Positions 40,930 to 53,407 of a stretch of DNA of 64,000 nt are shown here, one piece after another. The DNA comes from Vicugna vicugna (taxonomy: Eukaryota), in contig MU058482.1 in NCBI GenBank assembly GCA_013265495.1, positions 406,962 to 470,961 of the forward strand, written 5' to 3'. Each line of letters opens with the position of its first letter. Positions within the stretch are counted from its first letter, which is position 1. The translations under genes were made by a program, and so were the position numbers. Under the pieces are notes generated by a model. That model was not told the origin of the DNA and searched no databases. It saw only the letters and a list, made by a program, of their open reading frames with translations.

Positions 40930-41724
40930 AGTAAATATGTCTATTTTTTTCTAGCACCATTCATTCTCGTTTTCCAACATCAAATGGGTGTTCAGAAATT
41001 CAATTCAATTCTGACAGTTAACTCCTGGAGTTAGTGCAGACCCCACAGGTTAAGGACACAGTTCCACAAGACTGTTCCAATTTCAGACAGCAACTGCAAA
41101 TGCAGTGCCCAAATTAGGCACAATCTGCTTCATCCACTACAAATTTGAGGGTTCCCACCACCTCCACCTCCTGCCTCAGGTTCAGTAATTTACTAGAACA
41201 ACTCACAGAATTCAGGAAAGCGCCATGCTTACTATAACAGATTTATTATAAAGGATACAACTCAGGCACAGCCAAATAGAAGAGATGCATTGGCAAGATG
41301 TGCAATGGGGATGGGGGGCTGCAGAGCTTCCATAATCTTACCAGGTACACCATCCTCCCAGCACATCAGTGTGTTCACTGATCTGGAAGCTTACTGAACC
41401 CTCTTGTTTAGAGATGTTTATGGAGGTTTCATTACATGGGCACGATTGATTATATCATTGGCCATTGACGAGTGAGTTCTCCAGCCCTCTCCTCTCCCCA
41501 AGGGTTGGGAGTGAGGCTGAAAGTTCTAACCTTCTAATCACATTGTTAGTTTTTCTGGTGACCAGCTCCCATGCTGAAGCTATCTAGGTGTAAAAACCTC
41601 CCTGTGAGTAATCTCATTAGCAAACAAGAGACACTCTTTTCACGTAGGAGATCCCCAGGGTTTTAGGAAGTCTGTGCCAGAAACTAGGGACAAGGCCCAC
41701 ATATTTATTTTTTATTACATCACA
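40930..41724. mobile_element. Solo LTR, MER21-like, inserted in L1
   Basis: aattcaattcaattctgac...ctggagttagtgcagaccccacaggttaagg...cacaagactg and tattataaaggatacaactcagg motifs. L1 sequence resumes on both sides. Confidence 0.75.
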
Positions 41725-43623
41725 TATATACCTATGCACATACCACATTTGTTTATCCATCTGGCAGTGGACACTGGGTTATTTCCATCTATTGACTGTT
41801 GGGAATAATGCTGCTATGAACATGGATGTCCAAATATCTATTCAAGTTTCTGCTTTCACTTTTATTGGGGGTATATTCTTTGAAGTTGAATTGCTGGATC
41901 ATATAGTAATTCTGTTTAATTTTTTGAGGCATTGCCACACCATTTTTCACAGTGGTTGCACCATTTAAAATTCCCAGAAGCAATACACAAAGGTTCACAT
42001 TTCTCCACACCCTCACCAACACTTACCTTCTTTTTTTCCTTTTGAGAATAGCCATCCTAACATATGAAGTAGTATCTCAGTGTGGTTTTGATTTGCATTT
42101 CCCTAATGTTTAATGATGTTGAGCATTTTTTCCTGAGCTTATTGGCCATTTTTATATGTTCTTTGGAGTAGTGTCTATTCAAGTCCTTTGCCCATTTTAA
42201 AAATTGAGTTGTTTATTTTTGTTGGGTTATAGGAGTCCTTTAAAAATTCTGAATATCAGTTCCTTACAAGCTATATGATTTTCAAATATTTTCTTTCATT
42301 TCTTGAGTTGTACTTTCACTCTGTTGACAGTGTTCTATGATGGTTTTTAGTGACTGCTCTAGATATTACATTATATATACAAAACTGATCATAGTCTACT
42401 GACTTTATTTTACAATTTTGAGTGAAATTTTAAAAACCTTATTTAGATCCCTTTACTCTCCTTCATAATAAAATTGTCTTAAATATCTCTATCTACATAG
42501 AGAACCACATCAATTTTATTTTTGCTTCAATCATCAAACAGAATGCTTTTTAATTCAAGAGAATAGTGCATTATGTTTAGTCACATTTTAATCTTTCCAT
42601 TGTCCTTTTTTTTTTTTCATTAATAGTATTCCAAGATTTCTACCTTTATCATTTCCTTTCTTTTTCAAGAACTTCCTTTAGCCATTCTTTAGGGCAGGTT
42701 GGTTGGCCAAAATTCTGAGTTTTCCTTCATTTGAAAATGTTTTTATTTAACTTTCCTTCCTGAAGGATATTTTTCCCTGGATACAGAGTTCGGGATTGAC
42801 CGTTCTTCCAGCACTTAACGTGTGCCACTTCTTTCTGCCTCCATTTCTCATGAGAAGTCTTCCATCGTTTGAATTCTTCTTCCCCTACGGGTAATGTATC
42901 TTTTCTCTCTAGTTGCTTTCAAATGGTTTTCTTCAGTCTTAGTTTACAGAAGTTTAATTTTGATGTTCTCGGTGTGGATTTCTTTGTATTGTTACGTATT
43001 ATTTGCTAGGCTTCTTGAACCTGTAGGTTTATGCCTGTCACCTCATTTGGGGGAAATTCAGCCTTTTTTTTTTTTAATTTAAAAAATTCTCATCCTCTTT
43101 CTGCTCTTCTGGGATTCTGATCATACAAATGGTTAGGTCTTTTGTTATTGTCCCACAAGTACCTGAGTTTTGGGTTTTTTTTTCTCTTTTTTTCCCTGTT
43201 TGTTGTTTAGATAAGGTAATTTCTGTTGTTCTATCTTCATATTCACATATTCTTTCATTTGTCGTATTCACTTGTAGTATTGAGCCCATCCAGTTAAATT
43301 TTAAATTTTATTGATTTTTAAGATTTCCAATGGAAATGGAATTTGGTCCTTATTTGTATCATCTTTTTTTCCCTGAGATTTTTCTATTCTTTCACTTGTT
43401 TTAAGCATGTTTATAATTTCTCATTGAAGCATTTTTATGATGGTTGCTTTAAAATCTTTGTCAGATAATTCCAACATCTGTGTCACTTTGAATGTTCATA
43501 CCTGTTGCCTCATTGAAGTTGAGGAGTTCCTTGGCTCTTGGTACAAGTGCTTTTTTAAAATTATGTTCTGGACATACTGGCTATTATTTTATGATTTTCT
43601 GGATCTTATTTAAACTGTGTACT

Positions 43624-43953
43624 TTAGTAGGCCTCCAATGATCTCTTGCTAGTGGAGTAAGGGAGGACACCTCCTTTATCCACCGAGTTGGGGTAGAAAC
43701 CCATGCTCCCCCTCAGCCTCTGCTGACATGGGAAAAGATGCTTCATTCCTTCTGGGTAGGGGTAGAAATTTAGATTTTTGATTCAGCCCCCACTGATACC
43801 ATGAGTATCCAGAGGGGCACTTTGTTACTGTAAGATGGGAATGGAAATCTAGACTGTCCATTCAGCTTCTGCTGACACTGCAGGGAAGGAGAATGGTACC
43901 TCATTACTGTCAGATGGGGTGGAAGTTTAGGTTCCCCATTCAAGTCTGCTGAC
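43624..43953. repeat. Degenerate tandem repeat, about 70-90 nt unit, ~4 copies, at the 5' end of an antisense L1
   Basis: Recurring tcagc(c/t)tctgctgac ... cattactg...ggggtrgaa..ctag units at about 43624, 43712, 43782, 43861 and a partial unit at 43939. Confidence 0.65.
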
Positions 43954-44356
43954 TGCAGTTTTTGCTTGGTGTTTTGGAGTAGTGTGAATATTGTCAAAAG
44001 ATTTTCTATCCTGCTAGGCCACCCCTTTACCAGTACTTTTGCAAAAAAGAGGATTTTTGAAGCCCCCCCCCCACCTTTTTTAATCCTAGTATAATTTTTA
44101 AAACAGCTTCCAATTTCAAAAGACAAACTGCTGAGATTTTGAGTGGGACTGAATGTAATCTATAGATCAAAATGGAATGAATGTTTAAAATTTTGATTCT
44201 TTCAATCTATGAAAATAATATAACTCTCTTTATTTAGGTCATCTTTGATTGTTTTAATATTATCTAGTAGTTTTCAGCTTAGAAGCCTTGCACATCTTTC
44301 ATTAGAATTCATTGATTTTGGATACTGATATAAATGCTATCATTTCAGATGTTTCA

Positions 44357-44485
44357 GGAGGGAGAGTGTAGCTCAGTGGTAGAGCACATGCTTAGTATGC
44401 AAAAGGTCCTGGGTTCAATCCCCAGTACCTCCATTATAAATGAATAAATAAAGACACTGAATTCCCTCCCTCCCTCCCCACAAAA
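44357..44485 (+). mobile_element. Vic-1-like SINE with TSD
   Basis: gtgtagctcagtggtagagcacatgcttag...gggttcaatccccagtacctcc plus tail. TSD AGATGTTTCA at 44347-44356 and 44486-44495. Confidence 0.92.
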
Positions 44486-45554
44486 AGATGTTTCATTTCC
44501 TAATAACTTTTTACAATAATTTATTTTTGATGCATTAACTTTGTATTCAGGTCCTTGCTTGCTAAGTTAACTTATTAATTCTGTAGATTTATTTTGGATT
44601 TTCTATGTATTCAGTAATGTCTGTGAATAATAAAATTTTGTTTCTTCTTTTGCAATACCTCTTATTTCTTCTTGCCTAGTATACACTGTTGAATAGAAAT
44701 TGTCCAGTTCAATGTTGAATCAAAATTGTCATAGAGGACAACCCTTCCTCATTCCTGAGCTCAGGGAGAAAGTTTTGATTATTTATTGGATTTTAATAAA
44801 GCAAATAAATATGATGTTTGCTATAAGATTTTTCCATTTATCTTTTGATAGATTAAGGATATTCTTTTTACCACTAGTTTGCAAAGATTTTTAAAAACCA
44901 TGAGTGGCTATGGAATTTTGTCAAATGCTTACTCTATCAATTGTGACAATCGTTTTTTATCCTTTATTTTGAGTATTCAATCAACTTTGCCTTCTTGTAA
45001 TAAACTCAACTTTATGTAATATTTTTACCCTTATATATACATTACTATATTTACTTTGCTAATATTTTATTTAGGATTTTGGTATCTGTGTTCAAGAGAG
45101 AAATTGACCTGTAGGGTCCTTTCTTGTAGTATTGTTTCAGGTTTTGCTTGTCAAGGTTATACTGGCCTCTTGTAATGGATTGAACAGAATTTCCTCTTTT
45201 TCTATCCCCTAGAAGTTTTTGTGCAACATAGATGTTATTTATTCTTTAAATATTTGGGAAATTTTACTGATTAAGCCAGCTAGACCTAACATTTTCTTAG
45301 TAGAGAATTTTTTAAGTAATGGATTTCAATTTTTATTAACTTTAGGAATATTTTAATTATTTATTTCCTCTTTGTTTTGGTGAGTTATGTTTCTAAAAGA
45401 ATTTTTTCTATTTTAATTGAATTTCAAATTTATTGGTATAATATTGCTTATAATATTCTCTTATCTTTTTAATCTTTGTTTTGTCTCATTAACATTGTGA
45501 TTTCCTTTTTTGACTCAGGTTATTTAGAAGGCAGTCTATTACTTAATTTCTTTC

Positions 45555-45634
45555 TTTCTTTATTTTTTTTTTTTTACTTTTTCTTTATTGAAGTATAGTC
45601 AGTTTACAATGTTGTGTGAATTTCTGGTGTACAG
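45555..45634 (-). mobile_element. Short L1 3' end
   Basis: T-tail followed by tttattgaagtatagtcagtttacaatgttgtgtgaatttctggtgtacag. Confidence 0.8.
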
Positions 45635-46350
45635 TAATTTCTGAAGTCTATTGTTTAATTTCAAAGTGGAATTTTGTAGTTCTCTTTTTTGTTTGTTTAT
45701 AGCTCAATTCCACTGCATTCAGAGAACATACTCTGTGTAATTTCAATCCTTTGAAATTTGTTGAGACTCACTTCATTGTCAGGTATATGTTCCATTTTGG
45801 TAAATATTCATATAAGCTTAAAAAGAATGTATATTCTGTGGTCTGGATGGTCTCAGTATGTCAGTTCCCTTAGTTGTTATTCATAGCCTTCCTATCCTTT
45901 GCGATTTTCTGTCAGGTCATTCTATCATTTACTGAGAGGGATGTGTTAAAACCTCCAACTATGATTGTAATTTCATCTTTTTCACCTTATGTTCTGTCAT
46001 GTTTTACTTTATATATACTTGAAGTTGTGTTATTAAATGCATATAACTTAAAGATTATTACATTCCCCTGTTGGATTGGCCCTTTTATCATTATGAAATG
46101 TCCTTAGTCCCTAGTAATGCTCTTAATTCCCTTAATGTCTACTTTAGCTGATATTGGCATAGCTAACTAGCTTTCTTTTGGTTAAAGTATGCATGATATC
46201 TATATTTTCCATTATTTTTCTTTCAACTTTTCTTTGTCCTTATGTTTTAGATGCAGCAGTTCATGTAGGAAATGCAGGATACACCCTTGATTCTTTCCCT
46301 TTATATATTAGTTTTCAAGATATTGAATTAATTCCCATTTAACTTCCAAA

Positions 46351-48288
46351 TATGATAGCCAGCTCCCAACGACCCTTACCAGGGAGCTGGCCTGGGTAAC
46401 CAATAGGATACTGTGCAAATAACGATGTGTGCTTTCCGAGGCTTTCAAGGTCTTAAAATACATAGTGGCTTTCTCCTTACACTCTTTCTTTGTTCACTTG
46501 CTCTGCAGGGAGGCAGTCATCATGTCAGGAGGACACTCAGACAGTCCTGTGGAGTGATTTATGTGTAGAAGAACTGAGGCCTCCAGCTGACAGCAGCACC
46601 ACCAGCCATGTGAGTGACATGTAAGCAGATCTTCCAAGGTTTCAATTGACAGTAGCTCTAGTTGACATCTTAACTGCAACTCCTTAAGAAAGCCAAGGTC
46701 TCTCAAATTTCTGACCCATGGAAATCATGTGAAATATTAATGTTTATTTTTTGTTTAAGCTGCTAAATTTTAGAACAATTTGTTACACAGCTATAGATAA
46801 CTAATACAGAATTTGGTACATGGAAGTGAGACGTTGACCTAGCAAAACCCTAAGAAGTTAGAGTGTCTTTGACAGTGGGAGGTAGCTGAAAGAACTTTGA
46901 GGAAAGGGTCAGTTAAAATCTAAAAGGCCTTGAAGAGACTGTTAGCAAAATTCTGGTAGCCTTTGAGAAGTCTGCCAGTGTGTACTTAAATAAACATGAG
47001 AAAAGTGTAGTTAGAAACTAGAGGGGGAAAAAAATCTTTGTTATGTAGTGGCAGAAAGTATAGTAACACTGTTGCCCGCAGGAATACAGATAGAAGAAAA
47101 TGTACCTAGTGAGTGAGTGCTCTATCTAAAGATTTCAGGAAGAATGTTGAGACTAACAAGTGGTGAGTGGGAAAGAACAGATTTAGGGCACTCTTGGGAA
47201 AACACTGTCTAAAGACGAAGCTAAGGGTGACAATAACATCTTTTGTTAAGACCTTAGGAAGATCCAAGGTGGTGCCTCAGGGAATAGTTCAGTCAAACCA
47301 TAGGACTTCTAGGAAGCTGCAGACTGCTGTCCCTTTAACAGTCTCAGCAGAAGCTTAGGGTAGAGCATTATCTCAGAGAGATTTGTTAATGTGATTTTTG
47401 TCTAGCGGAGTCTAATAAGATTCACAGAAGACTCTCAAAGTTTTTAAGAATGTCATGGTAGCAGAACTACCACCAGCTTGAACAGTAAGACAGTAGAAAA
47501 TGAGGAGAAGCCTTTTAATCTCCAAACTCCTTCAGACAGGAAGTAAGCTGAGAAAATGACTCAGCTACAAACACAGGCCAGCTTTCATATAAAATGAAGG
47601 ATAATTCAGTGGCAGATCTATGAACTCAGAGGTGAAGCCAAGAGCCAGAGAATTATTGCTAGGATTTGAATCCCAATTTCCTTGCCACAAGGAAATCCCA
47701 GAAGTGGATTTTAGAATTTCTGTGACTCAGTGACTCTTGTGTGCCTACCTTCCCCCACCTCCCATTTTTTCTATAGTGGTTGTCCTCTACCTGTCCTGCC
47801 ATTCTATGTTTCATGTGTGTAGAAGCCAAGTGTAACTTGTGTGCTTACTGCACACTCACCTGTCTTATGATTGAGAGGAATTGTACTCAAGAAACTCTGG
47901 GTAAGGAACCACACGTGATGAGCTTCTCTATACCTATACCTGATTTAAATGATATGATCATGGACCTTGAGCTGATACTGTAATAGAACATGACTTTTGG
48001 GGTTCTTGGGAGGGGGTATATCTTGCATGTAAGGTGGACGTGAATCAGTGAGGGCAGAGGGAGGACTATGATAGCCAGTCTTTGAGACGGCCCCAGTGAT
48101 TCTCAGCTCCAGGTATTGATACCTTTCTGTAGTCCACTCCCACAGTGAATAGGGCTGACCTGTGTAACCAACAGGATATTGCAGTTACAGTCCTATGTCA
48201 CTTCCAAGAGTATAAGATATGAATGTTTATTGATTTCAACTCCTAAATTTGGGGATAATTTGTTGTGTGGCAATAGATAACTAATCCA
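46351..48288 (+). mobile_element. MLT1 (ERVL-MaLR) provirus: LTR 46351-46808, internal region, LTR 48067-48288
   Basis: Both LTRs start tatgatagccag and end atagataactaat(a/c)ca. The internal region starts gaatttggtac and ends in a purine tract (gagggcagagggaggac). Confidence 0.8.
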
Positions 48289-49117
48289 GTGACCAATTAA
48301 TTTAAATATCATTATGAACTCATGGATTTAGGCATATTTTATAGGCTTTATTAAATTAAATATTATTGTTAAATATTTAAGAATAACTACTGCTAGAAAT
48401 GGAGGAATCCCAGAAGGGGAAAAACATGCATTGAAAAACAAAGAAAACTTAACCCAAAGGGAAGTTGGAACAGTGTCAGAGGGTGGGGAAGGGAAGCAAA
48501 CTGGAAAAAGTTTGATAAATAGAAAAATCACAATGATATATAAAAACAAATTCAATATACTAGAAAGCCCCAAAAGTTATTTTTAAAGAAAGAGAGAAAA
48601 CCAAAAAAACAAAATCTCACCTATATAAAAACAGAGATACTCTGATTTGTTAAAAGAGAATATTCTAGATATATGCTGTTTATAAAAGGCACACACACCT
48701 GAAACTTTGAGTATTGGTGCCCCAAATGATTTTAATGTGAAACAAGCTAACAGACACACAAATAAAGGGCACAAATTCCTTAACTGTAAGTGAAGGGTGT
48801 GAGAAATGAACTGAATAAAGATTCCTAAATAGAGAAGACACAGCACCACTCTATCAATGTGAGAGTTATCTCTGGTGTTCAGAGCTCACAAAGGCACTCA
48901 GCTGCCTATGATGCAATCTGCTTAGGGTGAGGATTCCATCCCAACCTTCACAAAATTGCCTTTCACCGCGTTTGTTCGATTTCTGCCTAGCCCATACCAG
49001 CTCTTCCGATAAAGCCCCCGAATATTCCTGTGTGTCAAGGGTACATCTGAAATCAATTCTCCAAGTATATCAACATCCAGAAGACCAAGATTTCAGATTT
49101 GCTTGAGGAAATTCTGC

Positions 49118-49765
49118 AAACATAATGGTGCAGAAAAGTTGAGGATAAAGGGTTAGTAGTAAAGAGATGGAAAAGGATATACCATGCTAAGAGTAATCAA
49201 AGGAAAACCGTAGTGTCAGCACTAATTTCAGAAAAGTCTATTTCAGAGCCAAAATATTAGCAGGCATAAAGAAGGTCATTTTATAATGATAAGTGGGGAA
49301 ATTTATCAAGAGGACATAACAATCTTAAATGTGTATGCACCTCATAACAGAACTGTGAAATACATGAAGCAAAACTGAAAACAACTGCAAGGAGAAATAA
49401 ACAAATTCACAATTACAATTAGAGATTTCAATATACTCCCCCCTTTCAATACTTTATAGAACAAGAAGGCAGAAAATTAGAAAGGATACAGTCGACTTGA
49501 ACCACACTATCAAGCAACATGACCCAACTGACGATTACAGACCGCTTGACCTAACAGCAGCAGAATATACATTCTTTGTAAGGGGTCATGGAACATTCAC
49601 CAAGACAGACCATATTCTGGGCCATAAACAAGTCTCAATAAATTCAAAAGCATTCAAGTCATATGAAGTATGTCCTCCGACCACATGCTATTAAATTAGA
49701 AATCAGTAACAGAAAGATCCCTAGAAATTCCCCAAATATTTGGAAACTAAATCACATACCTCTAA
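49118..49765 (+). mobile_element. L1 ORF2 endonuclease-region fragment
   Basis: Translated remnants RWKRIYHA, ILNVYAP and YTFF..HGTFTKTDHILGHK. Confidence 0.85.
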
Positions 49766-49894
49766 TGTCATTATGATTTTGATGGGCAGAGAGGTCATCA
49801 GCTGTAATCTAGGTCACAGTGTACATTGGTTAACTGGCATAAAAGAAAGAAAAACTGTAAAAATTACATTTTTCAGTGCAGAGGAAATACAGAT

Positions 49895-50245
49895 ATTAAT
49901 TACCCAAGAGTTAAATTTGGGGTTGAGGTAGAGAAGTCCTTTGGGGCTAATGATCAGCATATGGGCAGGGATCTGGTGTAGATCCATTCCTTTCGTTCCC
50001 AGTTTCCCAGTCACCCAATTCCTCAAGGGTTGAGACTCTTGGAGATGCTAGTAACTTTGCAAACACTTTAATGGGTCTACATGGGGCCAATTATTCTGAG
50101 TTCTTCACCTGCCTGCTAAGCCCTCATCAGTGAACACACTATCCTCCCCAGCTGTGAACTGATGGGCTGCCCTGGGGGAGGGAAAGATGGCTCTGGGGTG
50201 TCTCTCACCAGTACAAGATCAGTTGTGAGTGCCTCTCAGGGAGGG
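49895..50245 (+). promoter_or_regulatory. Candidate OR promoter/enhancer (O/E and homeodomain motif cluster)
   Basis: YYYCARRRR matches at 50021-50029, 50036-50044 (minus strand) and 50234-50242. Near-matches at 49902-49910 and 50170-50180. TAATTA 49897, TAATGG 50069, CAATTA 50088. Confidence 0.55.
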
Positions 50246-50671
50246 GCTGCCTTCTCTCCCCTCACCACGTAAGAGGCTAAAGTCAGTAGCAGGCTCTGAT
50301 CCCAACTCAGTCTAGAGGCCCAATGGGTCTGGCTTTATCTCTATGGTTTTTCTAATGTGTGTTCTGACCCCCATAGCAACAGCTCTGCCATCAAGTCATG
50401 TGCTTTGTTGGAATTAAATGGTTGGCTTAAGAGCATCTCAAGCAACCTTGAAAGAGAAGATTCACTAGTGTTTGATTATCATCAGGTAATACTCAGGTTT
50501 CTGGGATTGTTAACTATTGCTATGTACTCTAAAAGGAAAGGAACACCCAGGACAACCCTCCTACCCATGGGCTGATTTTCTAGGACACAGAGAACTCTAG
50601 CAACTCGTAAAAGGATATTTATATGTGACTCAGGAGGAAGGTCTATTTGCTCCTGAAGGTACCCCATTGTT

Positions 50672-50848
50672 TAGTGTTTCTCAAAGCGTGGTTCAGAGAC
50701 TACCTGTTTCAGATTCACCAGATTCAGGGGCCTGGACTACAGACTTACTGGATCACATTTTCTGAGATCAGGACCTGGAATCTGCCCATGCAATGATTTT
50801 TTCCAGTGAACCATGTGGGCAGGGCACCTTAACGTTTAAGAACCATTG
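50672..50848. mobile_element. MER5-like hAT MITE
   Basis: agtgtttctcaaagcgtggttc...ggacctggaatctgc...gtttaagaaccattg. Confidence 0.7.
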
Positions 50849-52799
50849 TTTGGGATCCGTGTTGCTCAGAGACATTGTCTGCTCCCTCCGGCTGCCCGCT
50901 CTCTGTTGTACTCTCACTCTGCTATACCAAGGAGGGGGGCCAAGAGGTAGGTAGAAATAAAGCCCCTTGCCTACTCCTCCCTTATGTACAACCCCCAGGC
51001 ACCTGCTCTCACTTATACACTCTCTACTTCACAATCCATTTCCATATGATAAGAACACTCAAGTTTTCTTCCTAGTTTTCATTCACAGGTAACACACTGC
51101 AGCCAACAGATAGTGGTTACTCCAGCATCCTTTGAAAGACTGCCAGAGATGTCAATTTCTCCACAATCCCTTGTTTGACTAACTCTCTCTATTCTGAATA
51201 GTTTTGAATTTAGTGAAGACTGGAGAAGAGAGATGAGATAGGGAAGGGGAGGAGGAGAGAGAGAGAGTGGATTAATAAATCTGGAGGCTCTGATCAAATA
51301 CCCATTGTATTACTCACCATTCTACCCTACCCCCTCCCACATCCTCGCCTCATCTACACCATTCGGAGTATTGGCTCCATTCCTATTCTTATCCACTTTT
51401 GTCCATTCTTTTAATCATAGCGATACTTGCAGACCCATTACCCATCCTGCAACAGTCTATTGAGGAAAGATGTGAAGCTGGGTCTTAAGGAGTTCTACTT
51501 CACTCTTAACCATTCCTCAACTCCCTCGAAATTCCTGTAAGTTATTCTATCTTGGGACTGTTACAGTCATTTCTTTGAAGTCCTTGTAATTTGCCTTGAA
51601 GCTGCGTTGGCTTTTGACACCAACAGGGCCAATGACATTTGCAACCCAAATCTCAGGCTGTTCACATGCCTGCACTAAAGGGGTTTATTATAAACTAGCA
51701 GCTGTTGGGTTAAGAATGGCTGAATGTTACATCTCAGTGACACCAAATAAATCACTTATGTTCCGTGTGCTCTAACAGAAGTTACCAATGCTCTGTGTTC
51801 AAATTTGCCCCCTTGTATTTTAAGTGTCTCAACTTCATTAGAGTATGTTACCTCTTTGGGCACTACAATGCTTTCTTCTTGTCACTGCTCACAGTGTTCT
51901 ATCAACAGCCATTGGTGCTTTCATTACCTACTTGACAACTAAATTTAGTTATCCATATGTCTGGAGTCTTCCTCTGCCTGGGTAGTTTGCTGATTCTGGA
52001 AATTCTGCCAATGGAATAAACTGCAGCTCTTTCCTCTCTGGAATCCTCCCAACGTCTTTCACAGCTGTGTTATTCATTTACTCTCCTCAGGACAGGAGGA
52101 GGAGGCTCAATTGTGCCCTTTTCTACCCTACCCTGGTCACATCTGCGACCTTCAAATTCTTCACAACTGAGGGTCCTCACCAAACAGCACAGGGTACTTA
52201 ACTGACACCAGAACCCAGAGGTAATTCAGGAACATGGGTGGCAGAGCAGCCCATGGAGCAGAAGAGAGTGTGGTGTTTAGGTGATGGAAACTCGGTTTTC
52301 ATCATTCTCTGAATAGAAAAGGCATTTTCACAAAGCCCTGGTCCTAGGGGGGGGCTGTCCCTTCCCCGCTGGCCCCCAAAGCCCTTGAGAACAAGGTGAT
52401 TCTATTCACTGGAAATGATGGTGCCTTGGTGAAAGATGGGTGACATTTTCCCCCTTGGCTGATGCTCCTGAGAGCAAGGTTTCAGTTTGCTCTCTACAGC
52501 CCCACACCATCTCCATCTCTCCACATCCCAACCCTCACCATCTTTAGAACCCACAATAGTGCCTGGCTTGTGCCAAATTCAGGGAGGCAATTTTCTAGCT
52601 GAGCCAAAGAACCACCTTCAACTCCCCTAGAACATTCAGGATCCTCTGAAGGTCTGTTTAGTCACTCTTCTTAGAGCACATGTCTCTGTCTACATTGTTT
52701 GGTGGTAGGTTGCTTGCCAAATTTTGTCATTGTTTCATTTATTTATTTTATCATTGCTTAGTTTCATGTTAGGTCTCTCCAACAAGAACAATCAAGGCT

Positions 52800-53005
52800 A
52801 TCGTTCTTTCTCAGTGTGCTTTGCTCAAGTATGTTACACTGAATTTTTACAACGATCCTTTGAGAGTGGTGCTATTATCCTTATTTTAAAGATGAGAAAA
52901 CTGAACATCAGAGAGGTTAAAAAACATTCCCAACGTTCCACAGCTAGTGAGTGGTGAGGTCCCAGCTTGGAACCTAGGGAGTGTGACGCCAGGGCCTGTG
53001 TGCTT
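52800..53005 (-). mobile_element. MIR SINE
   Basis: MIR core tattatccttattttaaagatgagaaaactgaacatcagagaggttaa. Confidence 0.8.
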
Positions 53006-53352
53006 AAACACAAAATATACTTGTATCTAGAAAATAAACTTCCTGAGATCAGACACTCTTGAATTCCTGACAGGGAAAACACAGAGCTAAGCATATGGAA
53101 GATGGCCAATCAATATTTGGTAAGTAATTATTTCATCATTCAGAATTTTTTAGATCCCTGAGAGACCAAATTGTGTATATTTCTTTTATATTTTTCCATT
53201 GCTGCTCAAGTAATGCTTCCTAACTAACCAACCAGCCAAGTAGAGCAGACCTTCTCTGATTGAGTTCCATTGACTAAGCCAGCGTTCTGCAGCAAGACTG
53301 GTCTTCAGGAGGCTGTCCTTGGGGCAGAGCTAAACCAGAGCGCCCCCAGGTG

Positions 53353-53393
53353 TTTGACCTCATTTCCAGTGCTCCCCTCTTTCCACATCCCAG
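53353..53393 (+). promoter_or_regulatory. OR5AU1: 3' splice acceptor of the OR 5'-UTR intron
   Basis: Branch-like TTGAC, then pyrimidine tract ctcccctctttccacatcc and CAG (53391-53393), 14 nt before the ATG. This layout is typical of OR genes. Confidence 0.7.
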
Positions 53394-53407
53394 GGCACTG
53401 GAGAAGT

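Larger units (their letters stand above)
35790..46260 (-). mobile_element. Block of nested old L1 (L1M-type) fragments, mostly antisense, interrupted by SINEs and LTRs
   Basis: Recurrent antisense L1 3'-end and ORF2 motifs. Minus-strand ORF fragments are L1 ORF2-like (IDQWNKMENPETDPHQYAQLLFDKG at 38810-39040; DLIEIYTTLHQTRVEYTFF at 39928-40158) and ORF1-like (43074-43289). Confidence 0.85.

Noticed and set aside
43624..43953. CRISPR-like repeat-spacer array
   Set aside because: Mammalian DNA, units are degenerate along their whole length, and there are no identical repeats with unique spacers or cas genes.
35790..46260. Numerous 60-118 aa ORFs in the repeat block
   Set aside because: Fragments or antisense frames of decayed L1. 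No intact ORF1 or ORF2.
51300..52050. Possible ancient RTE-like LINE or ERV coding remnant on the minus strand (EWTKV-like word)
   Set aside because: Only one weak motif and many stops. Not supportable without an HMM search.
53270..53407. 46-aa N-terminal extension of the 357-aa ORF in the track
   Set aside because: It starts at TTG, not ATG, and overlaps a splice acceptor. The first ATG at 53408 gives a canonical 311-aa OR.
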